A stretch of DNA of 64,000 nucleotides from an uncultured Candidatus Saccharibacteria bacterium (GCA_964643135.1 CAZXPC010000001.1:39726-103725), one strand, 5' to 3'. Numbered from the stretch's first letter, positions 44,425-53,897 are shown. Numbers and translations are program-made. Notes: generated by a model from the letters alone, not told the origin.

Positions 44425-45183
44425 ATGGCTTTGATAAAAACCGAAAAACAAATTGCTAATATCCGTGAGTCGGGGAAGATTTTGGGCTTGGTTTTGAGGA
44501 AACTCAGAAATGTAACCAAAGTCGGCGTGAGCCTGCTCGATCTCGATAAGTTTGCCCGCGAACTGATCGTGGAGCAGGGCGGGGAACCGGCTTTCTTGGG
44601 CTACCGACCCTACGGTGCCAAAACGGCTTATCCAGCGACTCTTTGCACTTCGGTTAATGATGTGATCGTTCACGGCCGGCCAACTAGCTACGTCCTGAAG
44701 TCCGGCGACGTGGTTAAGCTCGACCTGGGCGTGGTCTATAAAGGCGGCATAACCGATGCGGCTATAACTGTTGCGGTTGGGAAAGTTGATAAAGAAGCGC
44801 AAGACTTAATAAAAGTTACTGAAAACTCGTTAAGGGAAGCGATCAAATTTTGTTCGCCTAAGCATACTTTGGGAGACATCGGTTACGCGATTGAGAAAAC
44901 TGTTTCTGCTAAGAACTTTTTGATTGTTGAAGGGCTGACCGGCCATGGCGTTGGCGAAGAAATACATGAAGATCCATCCGTTTATAACTATGGCCACAAA
45001 GGGAGCGGTATGAAGCTTCAGCCAGGGATGGTTTTGGCAATTGAGCCGATGACCGCGATTGGCACATCTAAAATAATTCAGTTAAGAGATGACAGCTTCG
45101 CGACGGCTGACCAGAGCATGTCGGCGCACTTTGAACACACCGTGCTTATCACAGAGAAAGGCTGCGAAGTCTTAACTGCCTAG
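44425..45183 (+). CDS. map: Methionine aminopeptidase type I
   Basis: Metal ligands in VNDVIVHG, D..KLDLGVVYKGG, HGVGEEIHE and AIEPM...FEHTVLIT. A TATATAAT box lies 6 nt upstream of the ATG (leaderless-like). Confidence 0.92.
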   Translation: MALIKTEKQIANIRESGKILGLVLRKLRNVTKVGVSLLDLDKFARELIVEQGGEPAFLGYRPYGAKTAYPATLCTSVNDVIVHGRPTSYVLKSGDVVKLDLGVVYKGGITDAAITVAVGKVDKEAQDLIKVTENSLREAIKFCSPKHTLGDIGYAIEKTVSAKNFLIVEGLTGHGVGEEIHEDPSVYNYGHKGSGMKLQPGMVLAIEPMTAIGTSKIIQLRDDSFATADQSMSAHFEHTVLITEKGCEVLTA

Positions 45184-45788
45184 CGCTGATCCTTTCGGCG
45201 CGTTTCTAGGTGGGTTTCTTCGGGCTTTTCGATTTCCTCGATGATGGCCGCGGCCTCTTCTTTGGTTAGTCCGCCGGGTAGATTCATGTTGATAGCATCG
45301 GCAGGGTGCTGATAGTCTGGTTTGCTCTGCGGAATACTCTTAGGTATTTCACCTGTCTCGTCAGGGCGGATATCAAACTTCTCTTCGGCTTCTTTCTGAT
45401 TTTGCTTCAAGGCTGAAGCTTCAGCGTTGGTAAGGCCGCCAAAAGCGCCGGCCCCCTTCCCGAATCGGTCCCTAAGAGTCTTTGTCGCAAGCTCAATTCT
45501 GGTTTTTGTTTCTTCCTTGTCCTCGTTTTTGAGGTAGCCCATCGCTTCTTTTTCGGTGAAACCTTTGGGCAAGCCGGTGAATCTGGCTGTTTCCGCATCC
45601 ATTTTGGAGGATCCTATAATTGCCACTTTTTCCTCGCTCTTTCCTTTGTTGGCCGTAAATGAAGCAGCCTCCTTGGCTGTTAGACTTTCCGGCAAGCCGG
45701 TTTTTTTAGCAACCACCTTGCGTATTGGCTCCGGAGTTTCTCTATTCTGATTGTCGGCCGGATAAGAATTTGGGTTTTCTATTGACAT
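45180..45788 (-). CDS. Hypothetical protein with four TGLP/GGLT-x3-T.KEA repeats, charged and low-complexity
   Basis: Repeats TGLPESLTAKEAASF, TGLPKGFTEKEAMGY, GGLTNAEASALKQ and PGGLTKEEAAAIIEE. Convergent 4-nt overlap with map. Confidence 0.45.
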   Translation of the reverse strand: MSIENPNSYPADNQNRETPEPIRKVVAKKTGLPESLTAKEAASFTANKGKSEEKVAIIGSSKMDAETARFTGLPKGFTEKEAMGYLKNEDKEETKTRIELATKTLRDRFGKGAGAFGGLTNAEASALKQNQKEAEEKFDIRPDETGEIPKSIPQSKPDYQHPADAINMNLPGGLTKEEAAAIIEEIEKPEETHLETRRKDQR

Positions 45789-45824
45789 AAGTCTATTATC
45801 TCACAAATATCGCTAAATTTGAAG

Positions 45825-47333
45825 CTAGAAAGTTTTTATTTTGGCGCCGATGGAGTTCAACTTAGTGTGGATTTCTTCGTAGCCGCGGTTGATACTGTAG
45901 ACGTTGCGGAGAATCGAAGTGCCTTTGGCGGCCAGCATGCCCAAGAGAATTATGGCGGCCGGCCTTAGGGCGGGCGGGCAGACCACTTCGGCGGCTTTAA
46001 ACTCGATTGGTCCCACGATTTGCACCCGGTGCGGATCAATCAAATTGATATTGGCGCCGAGCTTTGTCATCTCAGTATAATAAATAGCGCGATTTTCGTA
46101 CACCCAGTCGTGGATCAGGGTCTGGCCTTCAGCTTTAGCCGCGATCGGCACAAAAAAAGGAAGGTTGTCGATATTAAGGCCCGGGTAGGGCGACGGGTGA
46201 ATCTTTTCTTCCAGGGCTTTCAGTTTGGAAGGATAGGTTTCGATATCAACGAGGTCGATCATGCCGTTCTCGCCTTTGTAGCGTTTGAGAATTTTATATT
46301 TAAAACCCATTTTTTCCATCTTTAAGAGCTCGAGAGCTAGGAAGTCGATCGGGCAGCGGAGAATCTTAATTGATGAGTTGGTGACGGCTGCGGCGGCGAG
46401 GTAGAGCATGCTGTCGATCGGGTCTTCGCTCACGGCGTACTCAACATCGCCGGCGATTTCCGGTTTGCCGTGAATCACCAGTTTGTGCGTACCGATGCCT
46501 TCGATTTTAACACCCAGTTTGACCAAGAAATAGCAAAGCTCCTGAACCATGTAGTTCGACGAGGCGAACTGGATGGTGGTTTTGCCCTTAAGTTTCGAAG
46601 CGGCCATGATGGCATTTTCCGTGGCGGTATCGCCGGATTCGTAGAGAACAATGTCGGCCGGTTTGAGTTTGCCGACCGAGACCCGGTAAACGTTATCTAG
46701 GGTTTCGATATTAACGCCAAGGTTTTCTAAAGCATACAGGTGCGGCCGAACAGTTCGCGAACCGAGCTTGCAGCCGCCGGCGTAAGGCAGGTCAAATTTC
46801 TTTAAGAGATGGATCAACGGACCCATGAGCATAATCACGGTCCGGGTTTTTAAAGCGGCTTGAATATTGATATCCTCGATCCTGATCTTAAGCGGGGGAG
46901 TGATTTGGAGAGTGTGGCGGTCCAGCCATTTGGTTTCAACGCCGATGCTGTTTAGTACTTCGACGATTCGGTTCACCTCTTCGATACGCGGCATATTTTT
47001 TAGAGTCGTCTTGTCCTTGTTTAAAAGCGCCGCGCAGAGAAGAACCATCGCGCCGTTCTTGGAAGAGTTGGTGGTAATCGTGCCGGATAAGGGGTGGCCG
47101 CCCTCAATTTGGAAATTCAAAGATTCAGGCAGGTTGATTAGCTGACGGTTAAGAACCTTGCTGATTTTGGAAAGCATTTCAGTCGTAAGATTCTGCTTGC
47201 CGGACTCGATCCGGGCGACGGCGCTTTGGGTGGTGTCTAAAAGCTTGGCTAAATCTTCCTGGGTCAGGCCCTTCTGGTCTCTAAGATCGGCGATAAATTT
47301 ACCTATTTTTTTAGGTGTGGACATGAGAGACAA
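45825..47333 (-). CDS. murA: UDP-N-acetylglucosamine 1-carboxyvinyltransferase fused to an N-terminal XRE-family helix-turn-helix domain
   Basis: N-terminal 60 aa KIGKFIADLRDQKGLTQEDLAKLLDTTQSAVARIESGKQNLTTEMLSKISKVL is a Cro/C1-type HTH. The remainder is MurA (KNGAMVLLCAALL; active-site Cys in LPYAGGCKLGSRTVRPHLYALENLG; C-terminal RGYEEIHTKLNSIGAKI). The true start is probably ATG at about 47324 (the track start is TTG). Confidence 0.85.
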   Translation of the reverse strand: MSLMSTPKKIGKFIADLRDQKGLTQEDLAKLLDTTQSAVARIESGKQNLTTEMLSKISKVLNRQLINLPESLNFQIEGGHPLSGTITTNSSKNGAMVLLCAALLNKDKTTLKNMPRIEEVNRIVEVLNSIGVETKWLDRHTLQITPPLKIRIEDINIQAALKTRTVIMLMGPLIHLLKKFDLPYAGGCKLGSRTVRPHLYALENLGVNIETLDNVYRVSVGKLKPADIVLYESGDTATENAIMAASKLKGKTTIQFASSNYMVQELCYFLVKLGVKIEGIGTHKLVIHGKPEIAGDVEYAVSEDPIDSMLYLAAAAVTNSSIKILRCPIDFLALELLKMEKMGFKYKILKRYKGENGMIDLVDIETYPSKLKALEEKIHPSPYPGLNIDNLPFFVPIAAKAEGQTLIHDWVYENRAIYYTEMTKLGANINLIDPHRVQIVGPIEFKAAEVVCPPALRPAAIILLGMLAAKGTSILRNVYSINRGYEEIHTKLNSIGAKIKTF

Positions 47334-47350
47334 TATAGCACATATGCTAT
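47332..47350 (-). promoter_or_regulatory. Second copy of the 19-nt ATAGCATATGTGCTATATT motif (read on minus strand), abutting the HTH-murA start
   Basis: The plus strand reads aatatagcacatatgctat, the exact reverse complement of the glmS-upstream motif at 4630-4648. Confidence 0.55.
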
Positions 47351-47375
47351 TAGTTGGGAAGAGGGCGCGGCCCGC

Positions 47376-49949
47376 CTAGCTCCGTTTTGTGATGCCGCTA
47401 ATTGTCAGGAACCGGCCGTTGGGGTTGGCTTTGCCGTTCTTGTCAGTCGGCGCGGGTTCATTTTCGTAGCCCATTTTATTGAGTCTTTCTACAAATGCGT
47501 TAGCCAGTTCTTTCTCTTTAATGGTTCGGTAGTTCATTTTATGTTCGCCATTTCTTAAAGCTGATTGGAGTTGGCCCATTTCTTCCGCGTCTAGTTTAGC
47601 CAAGCCAGCTTCTCTATATTCTTCGGGGCTGACTTTTAGCCCAGCCATCAATAACTGTTCGGCGGTAGGCGCCGGTTCTGGCTGTGGCTCAGGTTCAGGT
47701 GCAGGAGGAGCGGGTGCTGGAGCTGGTTCGGGAGCGGCCGGAGTGGGTTCGGGGATCGGGGCGGGCTCCTTACTAATATTGGTTATGAATTTCTTGTCGT
47801 CCCGTTCTTTAACTTCGAAACTATTATAGCCCATCTTCTGGAGCATGCCTTTGGCGTCGGCGTTAGAGGTTGCTGCGCGAACCTTTTCTCCGGTCAGCCA
47901 GTCTACTTCGTCCGGATCTTCGGCAAGGTTTTCATTAAATGATTTTGCCGCGATAGCCTTAAATAATATATTCAATGACTTGCCCGGCAGTTGCGGCAAC
48001 TTTTCTGCTACCGTTTTCTCTAGCGTTATTCCTAACTTATCCGCTATTTTTGAGCTGATTCTGTTCCAGGCGATGTTTGAGTCCAGTCTTTCGAGGTCGG
48101 AAATTTCTTCAGCCGTTAAGCCTATCTCGGCGGCTCGGCGGCGCATAATTTCCTTGAAAGACATATCTGATTTTTCGTATTCAAAATCTCGGATCATCTG
48201 CCTTCGGATATCCTCCATGGTGTAATCTTTTAATTCCACATCATCAGGGAATAGTTTATGGATGTCTTCCGTGCCTTTCATCTCCAGGGCGTCCAGGAGC
48301 CTGATATAATTTTCTCGGTAATTAATTTTGCCCGTTTCGCGCCAGTTTTTTGACCGGCCGAGCAGCATGACTCCTCTAACGGGGATAACCTTGATAAGAT
48401 CCGGCGGCAGTTTTAACTCTTCAACCCGCCTCGCGATATCGGTCAGGTCTCGGTTGGTTTGAATGAAGAAGCTATTTTGAGAAGGGTAATATCTGATCAA
48501 AGTATCGTACCCGTAAGCCTTGAGGGCCTCGTTATGAATGTCGGGCAGGTCCAGTCTCCGGCCGCCCCGCACTTTCCGGTAACTGACCCAGTCGATTAAA
48601 GTTTTGCCCCACTTCGGGTGGTCGATCGGCCGGCCTAGGTCGCCTTCTTTTGCCATAGCCTCGACGGCATGCTGAATATTATTTTTAGACCGCTCGGTAT
48701 TTTCTTTCACCAGTTCCGTGGCCTCATAGATATTATTCAACCTATGTTTTTGTGGAACTTCAAACATCTTTTTCTCTCCGCTGCTCGTGGTGAATTCTTT
48801 CATGACCCATTTCCGGGCGGTAAAAGACAGGGCCGCGTTTTTAGTGTAGGTTTCGTCGAGCGGTTGTCTCGGGTCAAAATCGGGTCCGCCTTCTTGGAAG
48901 ATCTTCATAATTTCTTGGTAGGGGATAATCCGGTAAAGACCATAGAGAGTTTTTGACCAGTCTCCGGCATAGAATTCCGGGGTTATTTCATAATCCAAGT
49001 TGTCGATTTGGGTTACAAATTTAACCAGGTTTCTTTCCCATGGTTCGAGTTCGGTTTGCGAGAGCAGGTCGGTTGCTTCTAAGCTTTCCAATATTACCTG
49101 GGAGGCCGAGGTTGAGGGGCCCTTTTCCTTCTGGTGGTGGTCGGCGAAAAGGCTCCCGTCTTTTTCGAGAGTTAAGCCGGCTGGCCGCCCGCCGGTATCG
49201 ATATTAAATTCGCCCTTCAACCAATTGCCCTTTTTAACCAAGACGATTTCCAAAATTGTGTCCGGAGAATATTTTCTGATTGCTTTTTCCAGCAAATAGG
49301 CCGCGAAATTAGCGTCAAGATCGGGCGTTTGGTGCAGCACGATCTTCTTTAATTTGCCTCCTTTAATAAGATCAATAAGTTTTTGCTTAGCAGCTTCGGA
49401 AGACTCAGATTCTGATCTGGGTTCGTCTCCGGCGAGGCCGTCGGTATGAGTTATTCTATATTTTGCTTCGTCATTGAAACGAGCCTCGGTGCGTTCTTGG
49501 TTTTCCTTTTTCTCTTCTTCAGGATCGATAATGTCTTCCACTTCCGGTTCGTCTTCTGCGGGGACTTCAGCCCGCCCGGGGCCGAGGTTTCTCCTTGCGT
49601 CTATTTCAGCCCACTTAGTTTTATAGTCATTAGGGAAAAGTATCAGAGCCCGGATCTTGTCTCCGATCCAAGCGTTTTCTTGGTATAGCCTTTGCCTTTT
49701 TTCCCGGGTGGACCAGTTGGCTTCGAGCCAGGCCTCGAGTTCACTTTGCGTATGCCCTGACCGATTGGTTTTCACGCCTGCTTCTAAATCTTTTTGAGCC
49801 ATGGCCGACTTAAAATAAGCCGCGCCCATTTGTTCCCAGCTTATATCAGCTTTGAGGTTAAGCGCATAGATAGCAGCCCACCTTTCTTTTTCTTTTTCGC
49901 GGTCGGGCCTTTGCTCAGCGCGCGTTGTGGGGCTAGGGTGTCTTTCCAT
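47376..49949 (-). CDS. Large hypothetical protein with DHH-type phosphoesterase motifs and a Pro-rich (PAPEPEP) linker
   Basis: 857 aa. VLHQTPDLDANFAAYLL (DHH motif I-like DxD) and GSLFADHHQ (DHH motif III). PEPTPAAPEPAPAPAPPAPEPEPQPEPAP linker near C-terminus. Confidence 0.6.
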   Translation of the reverse strand: MERHPSPTTRAEQRPDREKEKERWAAIYALNLKADISWEQMGAAYFKSAMAQKDLEAGVKTNRSGHTQSELEAWLEANWSTREKRQRLYQENAWIGDKIRALILFPNDYKTKWAEIDARRNLGPGRAEVPAEDEPEVEDIIDPEEEKKENQERTEARFNDEAKYRITHTDGLAGDEPRSESESSEAAKQKLIDLIKGGKLKKIVLHQTPDLDANFAAYLLEKAIRKYSPDTILEIVLVKKGNWLKGEFNIDTGGRPAGLTLEKDGSLFADHHQKEKGPSTSASQVILESLEATDLLSQTELEPWERNLVKFVTQIDNLDYEITPEFYAGDWSKTLYGLYRIIPYQEIMKIFQEGGPDFDPRQPLDETYTKNAALSFTARKWVMKEFTTSSGEKKMFEVPQKHRLNNIYEATELVKENTERSKNNIQHAVEAMAKEGDLGRPIDHPKWGKTLIDWVSYRKVRGGRRLDLPDIHNEALKAYGYDTLIRYYPSQNSFFIQTNRDLTDIARRVEELKLPPDLIKVIPVRGVMLLGRSKNWRETGKINYRENYIRLLDALEMKGTEDIHKLFPDDVELKDYTMEDIRRQMIRDFEYEKSDMSFKEIMRRRAAEIGLTAEEISDLERLDSNIAWNRISSKIADKLGITLEKTVAEKLPQLPGKSLNILFKAIAAKSFNENLAEDPDEVDWLTGEKVRAATSNADAKGMLQKMGYNSFEVKERDDKKFITNISKEPAPIPEPTPAAPEPAPAPAPPAPEPEPQPEPAPTAEQLLMAGLKVSPEEYREAGLAKLDAEEMGQLQSALRNGEHKMNYRTIKEKELANAFVERLNKMGYENEPAPTDKNGKANPNGRFLTISGITKRS

Positions 49950-51499
49950 TATTTCTTGCTTACTAAGTCTACGGCTTCGGCTAGCGTTGTGAGGTCGGCT
50001 GATCGGTCAAAGCCCAAGTCTTCCGCAACGTTTTTAGTCAGTTCTTCGAGTTGAATGTTTTTGTCCACTTCGCTGAAGTCTTTTTCCAAAACCTCCTTTT
50101 TATCTGCCAGCCTTTCTTCGGTCTCCGCGGCCTGGTGAACTTTCTGCGATTCCGAGACAACATCTTTAGGCTTGGCGTCAGGATAGCCCTCGCCGGTTGC
50201 AACCTTTTTGACGCTCTCTTTGACCTTAGTCCAGAAAGTTTTTTCGCCGCTGTCTTTGTACGAAGCGCCCTTAATCAGTCTGTGAAGCCTAAGGACTTTC
50301 ACAATGTGTTCATCTTTCATGCCCTTCTTAATAACGCCGGTGTCGATCAGCTTCTTATAGAGTTTGTAATATTTCTTTCTGTAAGCGTCGATCACGTCGG
50401 CCGGTTTCTTGTCTCTCGCTAAGCCGAATTTTTCCAGCTCTTTAGCCAGAATATCCTGAAAAATAGTTTTGTCGTCAGTAGTGGAGTATTCGAAACGGTC
50501 GGCGTCTTCTAAGTGTCCTTCTGTTGCGTGTCCTTCTGTGTGTCCGGTTCCGGCGCCATGGGCTTCAGTAGAGGCGCCGCCGCGGGCGTTGTTTTCGGCG
50601 GTTGCGTTTTGGCTAGGTTGATTTTGCGTTCTGGCGGTCGACAGATCCATTTCGGACGTGGCTCTAACTCCGCCTTCCTCCAATCTTTCCCTATTAGCTT
50701 CGGCACCGGCATTGACTTCCGGAGCGCCGGCTGCGTGGCTTTCAGCCTTAATGTCGCCGATTTTGCCCTTTGCTTTCAACTCGAATATCTGCTTCAGAGT
50801 TGTTTCAGGCGGGAGATTGTACTGGGCAATAATTTGTCGTTTAAGAAGCTCGATTCGGTCTTTCTGGTCGCGGATATCAAGATTCCGATCTTTAACGATG
50901 CCTTCCACCTTGGCCGCTTCAGCGGTTTTATTAAACATCGCCATAGCATCGGCGACGTCCGGATTTTCCATGCTGATTTCACGGGCGAATTGAAGCGCTT
51001 TTTCTTTTCTATCGCGGCCCATCTGTTCCTGGTCTTTGTAGAAGCCGGGCTCGTTCATAGCCTCAAAAGCCGGGCCTTGCAGCCTCTCAAGTTCCATTTC
51101 CTCACGTTCTTTGGCCGGGTCGGTTACCGGTATATCGACATTTCTAAAAGCGGTTCCAACTTTGTTATCCAGCTCTCTTTGTTTCTTTTCTGCCGCCATT
51201 TCTTCGCGCTCTTTAACCGCTCTGGCTTCGTCGTTGATTTCTTCCTGTCTTTGGTTCGCCTTTTTATATGCGCCCACAGAAAAGGCCTCGGTGTTAGCAT
51301 CACCCGGGTTAAACTCCAGTTCCTTCTCTCCTTTCTCCTTGTTTTTCTTATTGGCTTCACGAGCCTCCTTGATCAATGTCTCTTTCGCCAATTCCTCAAC
51401 AGTAATTCTGGCCGCTTCTTTGGCAGCCTCTCTAACCTGAGCGTTCTCATCCGTGTCATTAAGGTCCGGGACTCTTATGTTTTCAAATGATTTTGACAT
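49949..51499 (-). CDS. Highly charged (E/K/A-rich) coiled-coil hypothetical protein; N-terminus paralogous to 51516-52007
   Basis: 516 aa. N-terminal MSKSFENIRVPDLNDTDENAQVREAAKEAARITVEEL matches MSKSIENFKMPNLEDDDAEVQVEDAAKEAAKITTEEL of the next gene. The antisense ORF 50513-51490 is an F/L-rich shadow. Confidence 0.55.
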   Translation of the reverse strand: MSKSFENIRVPDLNDTDENAQVREAAKEAARITVEELAKETLIKEAREANKKNKEKGEKELEFNPGDANTEAFSVGAYKKANQRQEEINDEARAVKEREEMAAEKKQRELDNKVGTAFRNVDIPVTDPAKEREEMELERLQGPAFEAMNEPGFYKDQEQMGRDRKEKALQFAREISMENPDVADAMAMFNKTAEAAKVEGIVKDRNLDIRDQKDRIELLKRQIIAQYNLPPETTLKQIFELKAKGKIGDIKAESHAAGAPEVNAGAEANRERLEEGGVRATSEMDLSTARTQNQPSQNATAENNARGGASTEAHGAGTGHTEGHATEGHLEDADRFEYSTTDDKTIFQDILAKELEKFGLARDKKPADVIDAYRKKYYKLYKKLIDTGVIKKGMKDEHIVKVLRLHRLIKGASYKDSGEKTFWTKVKESVKKVATGEGYPDAKPKDVVSESQKVHQAAETEERLADKKEVLEKDFSEVDKNIQLEELTKNVAEDLGFDRSADLTTLAEAVDLVSKK

Positions 51500-51515
51500 G
51501 GGTTTGGGTTATTGG

Positions 51516-52007
51516 TTATTCTCCAAATGCTATTTTTTTCAGACTTCTTAATGTTTCCAAATCATTGACGTCATTCGCATGATTTATTTCCTTCATCAAA
51601 TCATCGCGTTTGGCCTTTTGGGCTGGGTTGTATGTTCGGAGATCCGGATGAAAAGTTTTGGCCAGTAGCCTATAAATCATCGTTTGTTCTTTCGGCTTGG
51701 GCTGTCTCTTTAAGCTCGAATCAGGTGCGGGGTCTTCTTGCCTGGCGCCCTTGGCCTCGGCGAGTAGTTTCTCGATCATTTCGTCTTCTTCCCTTTCCTT
51801 TTTTTCAGACTCGGCTTTTGTTCTGGCCGCTTCCGCTCGCGCTGATTCAGTTTCTATATATTTCGCATATAATTCGTCGGTTAGGATCTTTTTTGATAGT
51901 TCTTCAGTGGTAATCTTCGCGGCTTCTTTGGCCGCATCTTCAACCTGAACTTCGGCATCATCATCTTCAAGATTCGGCATCTTGAAATTCTCAATTGATT
52001 TGGACAT
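51516..52007 (-). CDS. Small charged protein with C-terminal J-domain-like region (HPD motif)
   Basis: 163 aa. MIYRLLAKTFHPDLRTYNPAQKAKRDDLMKEINHA resembles DnaJ J-domain helix II-III with the HPD tripeptide. Confidence 0.5.
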   Translation of the reverse strand: MSKSIENFKMPNLEDDDAEVQVEDAAKEAAKITTEELSKKILTDELYAKYIETESARAEAARTKAESEKKEREEDEMIEKLLAEAKGARQEDPAPDSSLKRQPKPKEQTMIYRLLAKTFHPDLRTYNPAQKAKRDDLMKEINHANDVNDLETLRSLKKIAFGE

Positions 52008-52155
52008 GTTCTGGTCTTTTAGTTGGTTTTTATTATACCACGTTGACCTTTATTTAATTGAGGGAATAATACCACGTGAGCCAATATCTTGTCAAGGGCT
52101 GGTTATAGAGATAAAAAAAAGAGCGCCTAGGGGTTTGGTTGACCCACAGAGACGC

Positions 52156-52722
52156 TTAGTTGGCTGCCGCATCCTGGCTGCCGAGGATGCCGATCTTATC
52201 GGGATCGCGCACTCGCCGGCCGGGCGTAACGACCGCCACGACTCCGCTTTCCCGGTTCATGCAGATCGCTCCGTTCTGGACCACGTCAACCATGACTCCG
52301 TCGGGGCATTTCTCATGGGTGAAATCCGAGAGAATGATGCCTTCAGGAGTGTTGATGTGGTCGAGCCTGCCTACGGTCCATTCCTGAGCGTTGGTTTGCT
52401 TCTTCAGATCAGGCTCAGCGCCTCTCGCGAGACACATGTAGGTGACGATGGTCATCTTGCGCTTGCCGTCATCGGTAGTTACGACGTACCTTTGACCGAA
52501 CTCGTAGAGGGGGAAGACGATGAGTCCGGTTTGGCAGAGAACTCCGTTCACAACTGCGTCGCGCAGGCTGCCTTCGTCGCCGGATTCTGAGCGGCCTCCC
52601 GGCAAGAATCCCTTGCCTTCCTTGTCGAGCGTCAAGATAAGCCCGATGTTGGCATCATCATCCTTGCGAGCGGGAATGTAGGCAAGGCAGGCGAAGTAAG
52701 ATTCGGTTTGGTTAATCTTCAT
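52156..52722 (-). CDS. GC-rich island gene G7: hypothetical protein (possible degenerate Nudix-like G..E...R..E motif)
   Basis: 188 aa. GC3-rich codons in a visibly GC-rich block. Strong GGAGGT SD 7 nt upstream of ATG. Downstream (minus strand) hairpin plus GGCGCTCTTTTTTTT terminator at about 52100-52150. The plus-strand ORF 51982-52590 is a shadow. Confidence 0.5.
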   Translation of the reverse strand: MKINQTESYFACLAYIPARKDDDANIGLILTLDKEGKGFLPGGRSESGDEGSLRDAVVNGVLCQTGLIVFPLYEFGQRYVVTTDDGKRKMTIVTYMCLARGAEPDLKKQTNAQEWTVGRLDHINTPEGIILSDFTHEKCPDGVMVDVVQNGAICMNRESGVVAVVTPGRRVRDPDKIGILGSQDAAAN

Positions 52723-52784
52723 GCAATACCTCCGGATCTGTTTTTAGCCTCGCCCATAACATGGATAATGTCAACGATTTTATT

Positions 52785-52813
52785 TTGACACTCACTTTTT
52801 AATCGACTACTAT
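52785..52813 (+). promoter_or_regulatory. Promoter TTGACA-N17-TACTAT for mreB
   Basis: Hexamers 17 nt apart, 16 nt upstream of mreB ATG. Confidence 0.45.
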
Positions 52814-52829
52814 TACTGATACTAATCAC

Positions 52830-53837
52830 ATGCTTACTCGAAGAATCGGAATCGACCTAGGAACGACCAACACGGTTGTTTTTGTTCCGAAAAGGGGATT
52901 CATTATTAATGAACCGACCATCGTGGCCTTGAATTTGCCGGATAATTCCGTGCTAGCCGTCGGCAAAAATGCCAAAGAAATGATCGGCCGCACGCCCGGC
53001 GATATCGGCGCTTATCGGCCGCTTAAAGACGGCGTCGTAGCTGACTATTACATTACCCGCGCGATGCTCAAGTATTTTATTGGCAATGCCGTGGGCCGTT
53101 TTAGCTTCTTCAAGCCGGACGTTGTTATTTCCGTGCCCGCCGGGATTACCGCGACTGAAAGGCGAGCTGTTGTCAACGCCGCGCGTGAAGCCGGAGCTAA
53201 AAATGCCTACGTTGTCCGCGAACCGCTTTTGGCCGCGCTCGGCGCCGGTATCGCGATCAACTCCAGTTCCGGTAACATGATCATCAATATCGGCGGCGGA
53301 ACGTCGGAAGTCGCCGTGATATCTTTGGGTGGCGTGGTGCGCTGGTCTTCTTTGCGCGTAGCCGGCAACAAATTTGATGAAGCGATTATAAGTTTTGTGA
53401 AACGCAAATATTCAATCTCGATTGGCGAACAAACTGCCGAAGCTATTAAAATTGCGGTGGGTTCGGCCTTGCCGTTAAAAAATAAATTAGAATTTCAGTT
53501 TAGAGGTCGTGATTTAATTTCTGGATTACCCAAAGACATGACGATCAACTCGAACGAAGTAGCTGAGGCGCTGAATCCGTTGCTGATGGATATCGTTGCT
53601 TCAGTGCAGGGAGTTTTTAACGAAACCCCGCCCGAGCTCGTGGCTGACGTTATGGAAAAGGGGATTATCATTTCCGGCGGCTCAGGACAATTGAGAAACT
53701 TGGACGAATTCTTTAAACGCCTACTCGGAGTGCAAACCTACATCGCCGAAGACCCGATCCTCTGCGTGGCGAAGGGATCAGGGGTGATATTGGAACATTT
53801 AGACACCTATAAGAGGGCTTTGCTTAATAAGAACTAA
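52830..53837 (+). CDS. mreB: Rod-shape-determining actin homolog MreB
   Basis: IGIDLGTTNT phosphate-1. DIGGGT phosphate-2. GGSGQLRNLDEF adenosine motif. 335 aa. Confidence 0.93.
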   Translation: MLTRRIGIDLGTTNTVVFVPKRGFIINEPTIVALNLPDNSVLAVGKNAKEMIGRTPGDIGAYRPLKDGVVADYYITRAMLKYFIGNAVGRFSFFKPDVVISVPAGITATERRAVVNAAREAGAKNAYVVREPLLAALGAGIAINSSSGNMIINIGGGTSEVAVISLGGVVRWSSLRVAGNKFDEAIISFVKRKYSISIGEQTAEAIKIAVGSALPLKNKLEFQFRGRDLISGLPKDMTINSNEVAEALNPLLMDIVASVQGVFNETPPELVADVMEKGIIISGGSGQLRNLDEFFKRLLGVQTYIAEDPILCVAKGSGVILEHLDTYKRALLNKN

Positions 53838-53897
53838 ATTTGACGTTTTTATTCGAATACCCTAAACTTATCGTCTACAAACTAATCACATAAATCC

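Noticed and set aside
50513-51490. 325-aa plus-strand ORF antisense to the charged 516-aa protein
   Set aside because: F/L/S-rich low-complexity translation, characteristic of the reverse complement of a GAA/AAG/GCC-rich gene. No start context.
51982-52590. 202-aa plus-strand ORF overlapping island gene G7
   Set aside because: Its N-terminal third lies in AT-rich intergenic DNA. The minus-strand frame has a strong SD, GC3 skew and a terminator, so the plus ORF is treated as shadow.
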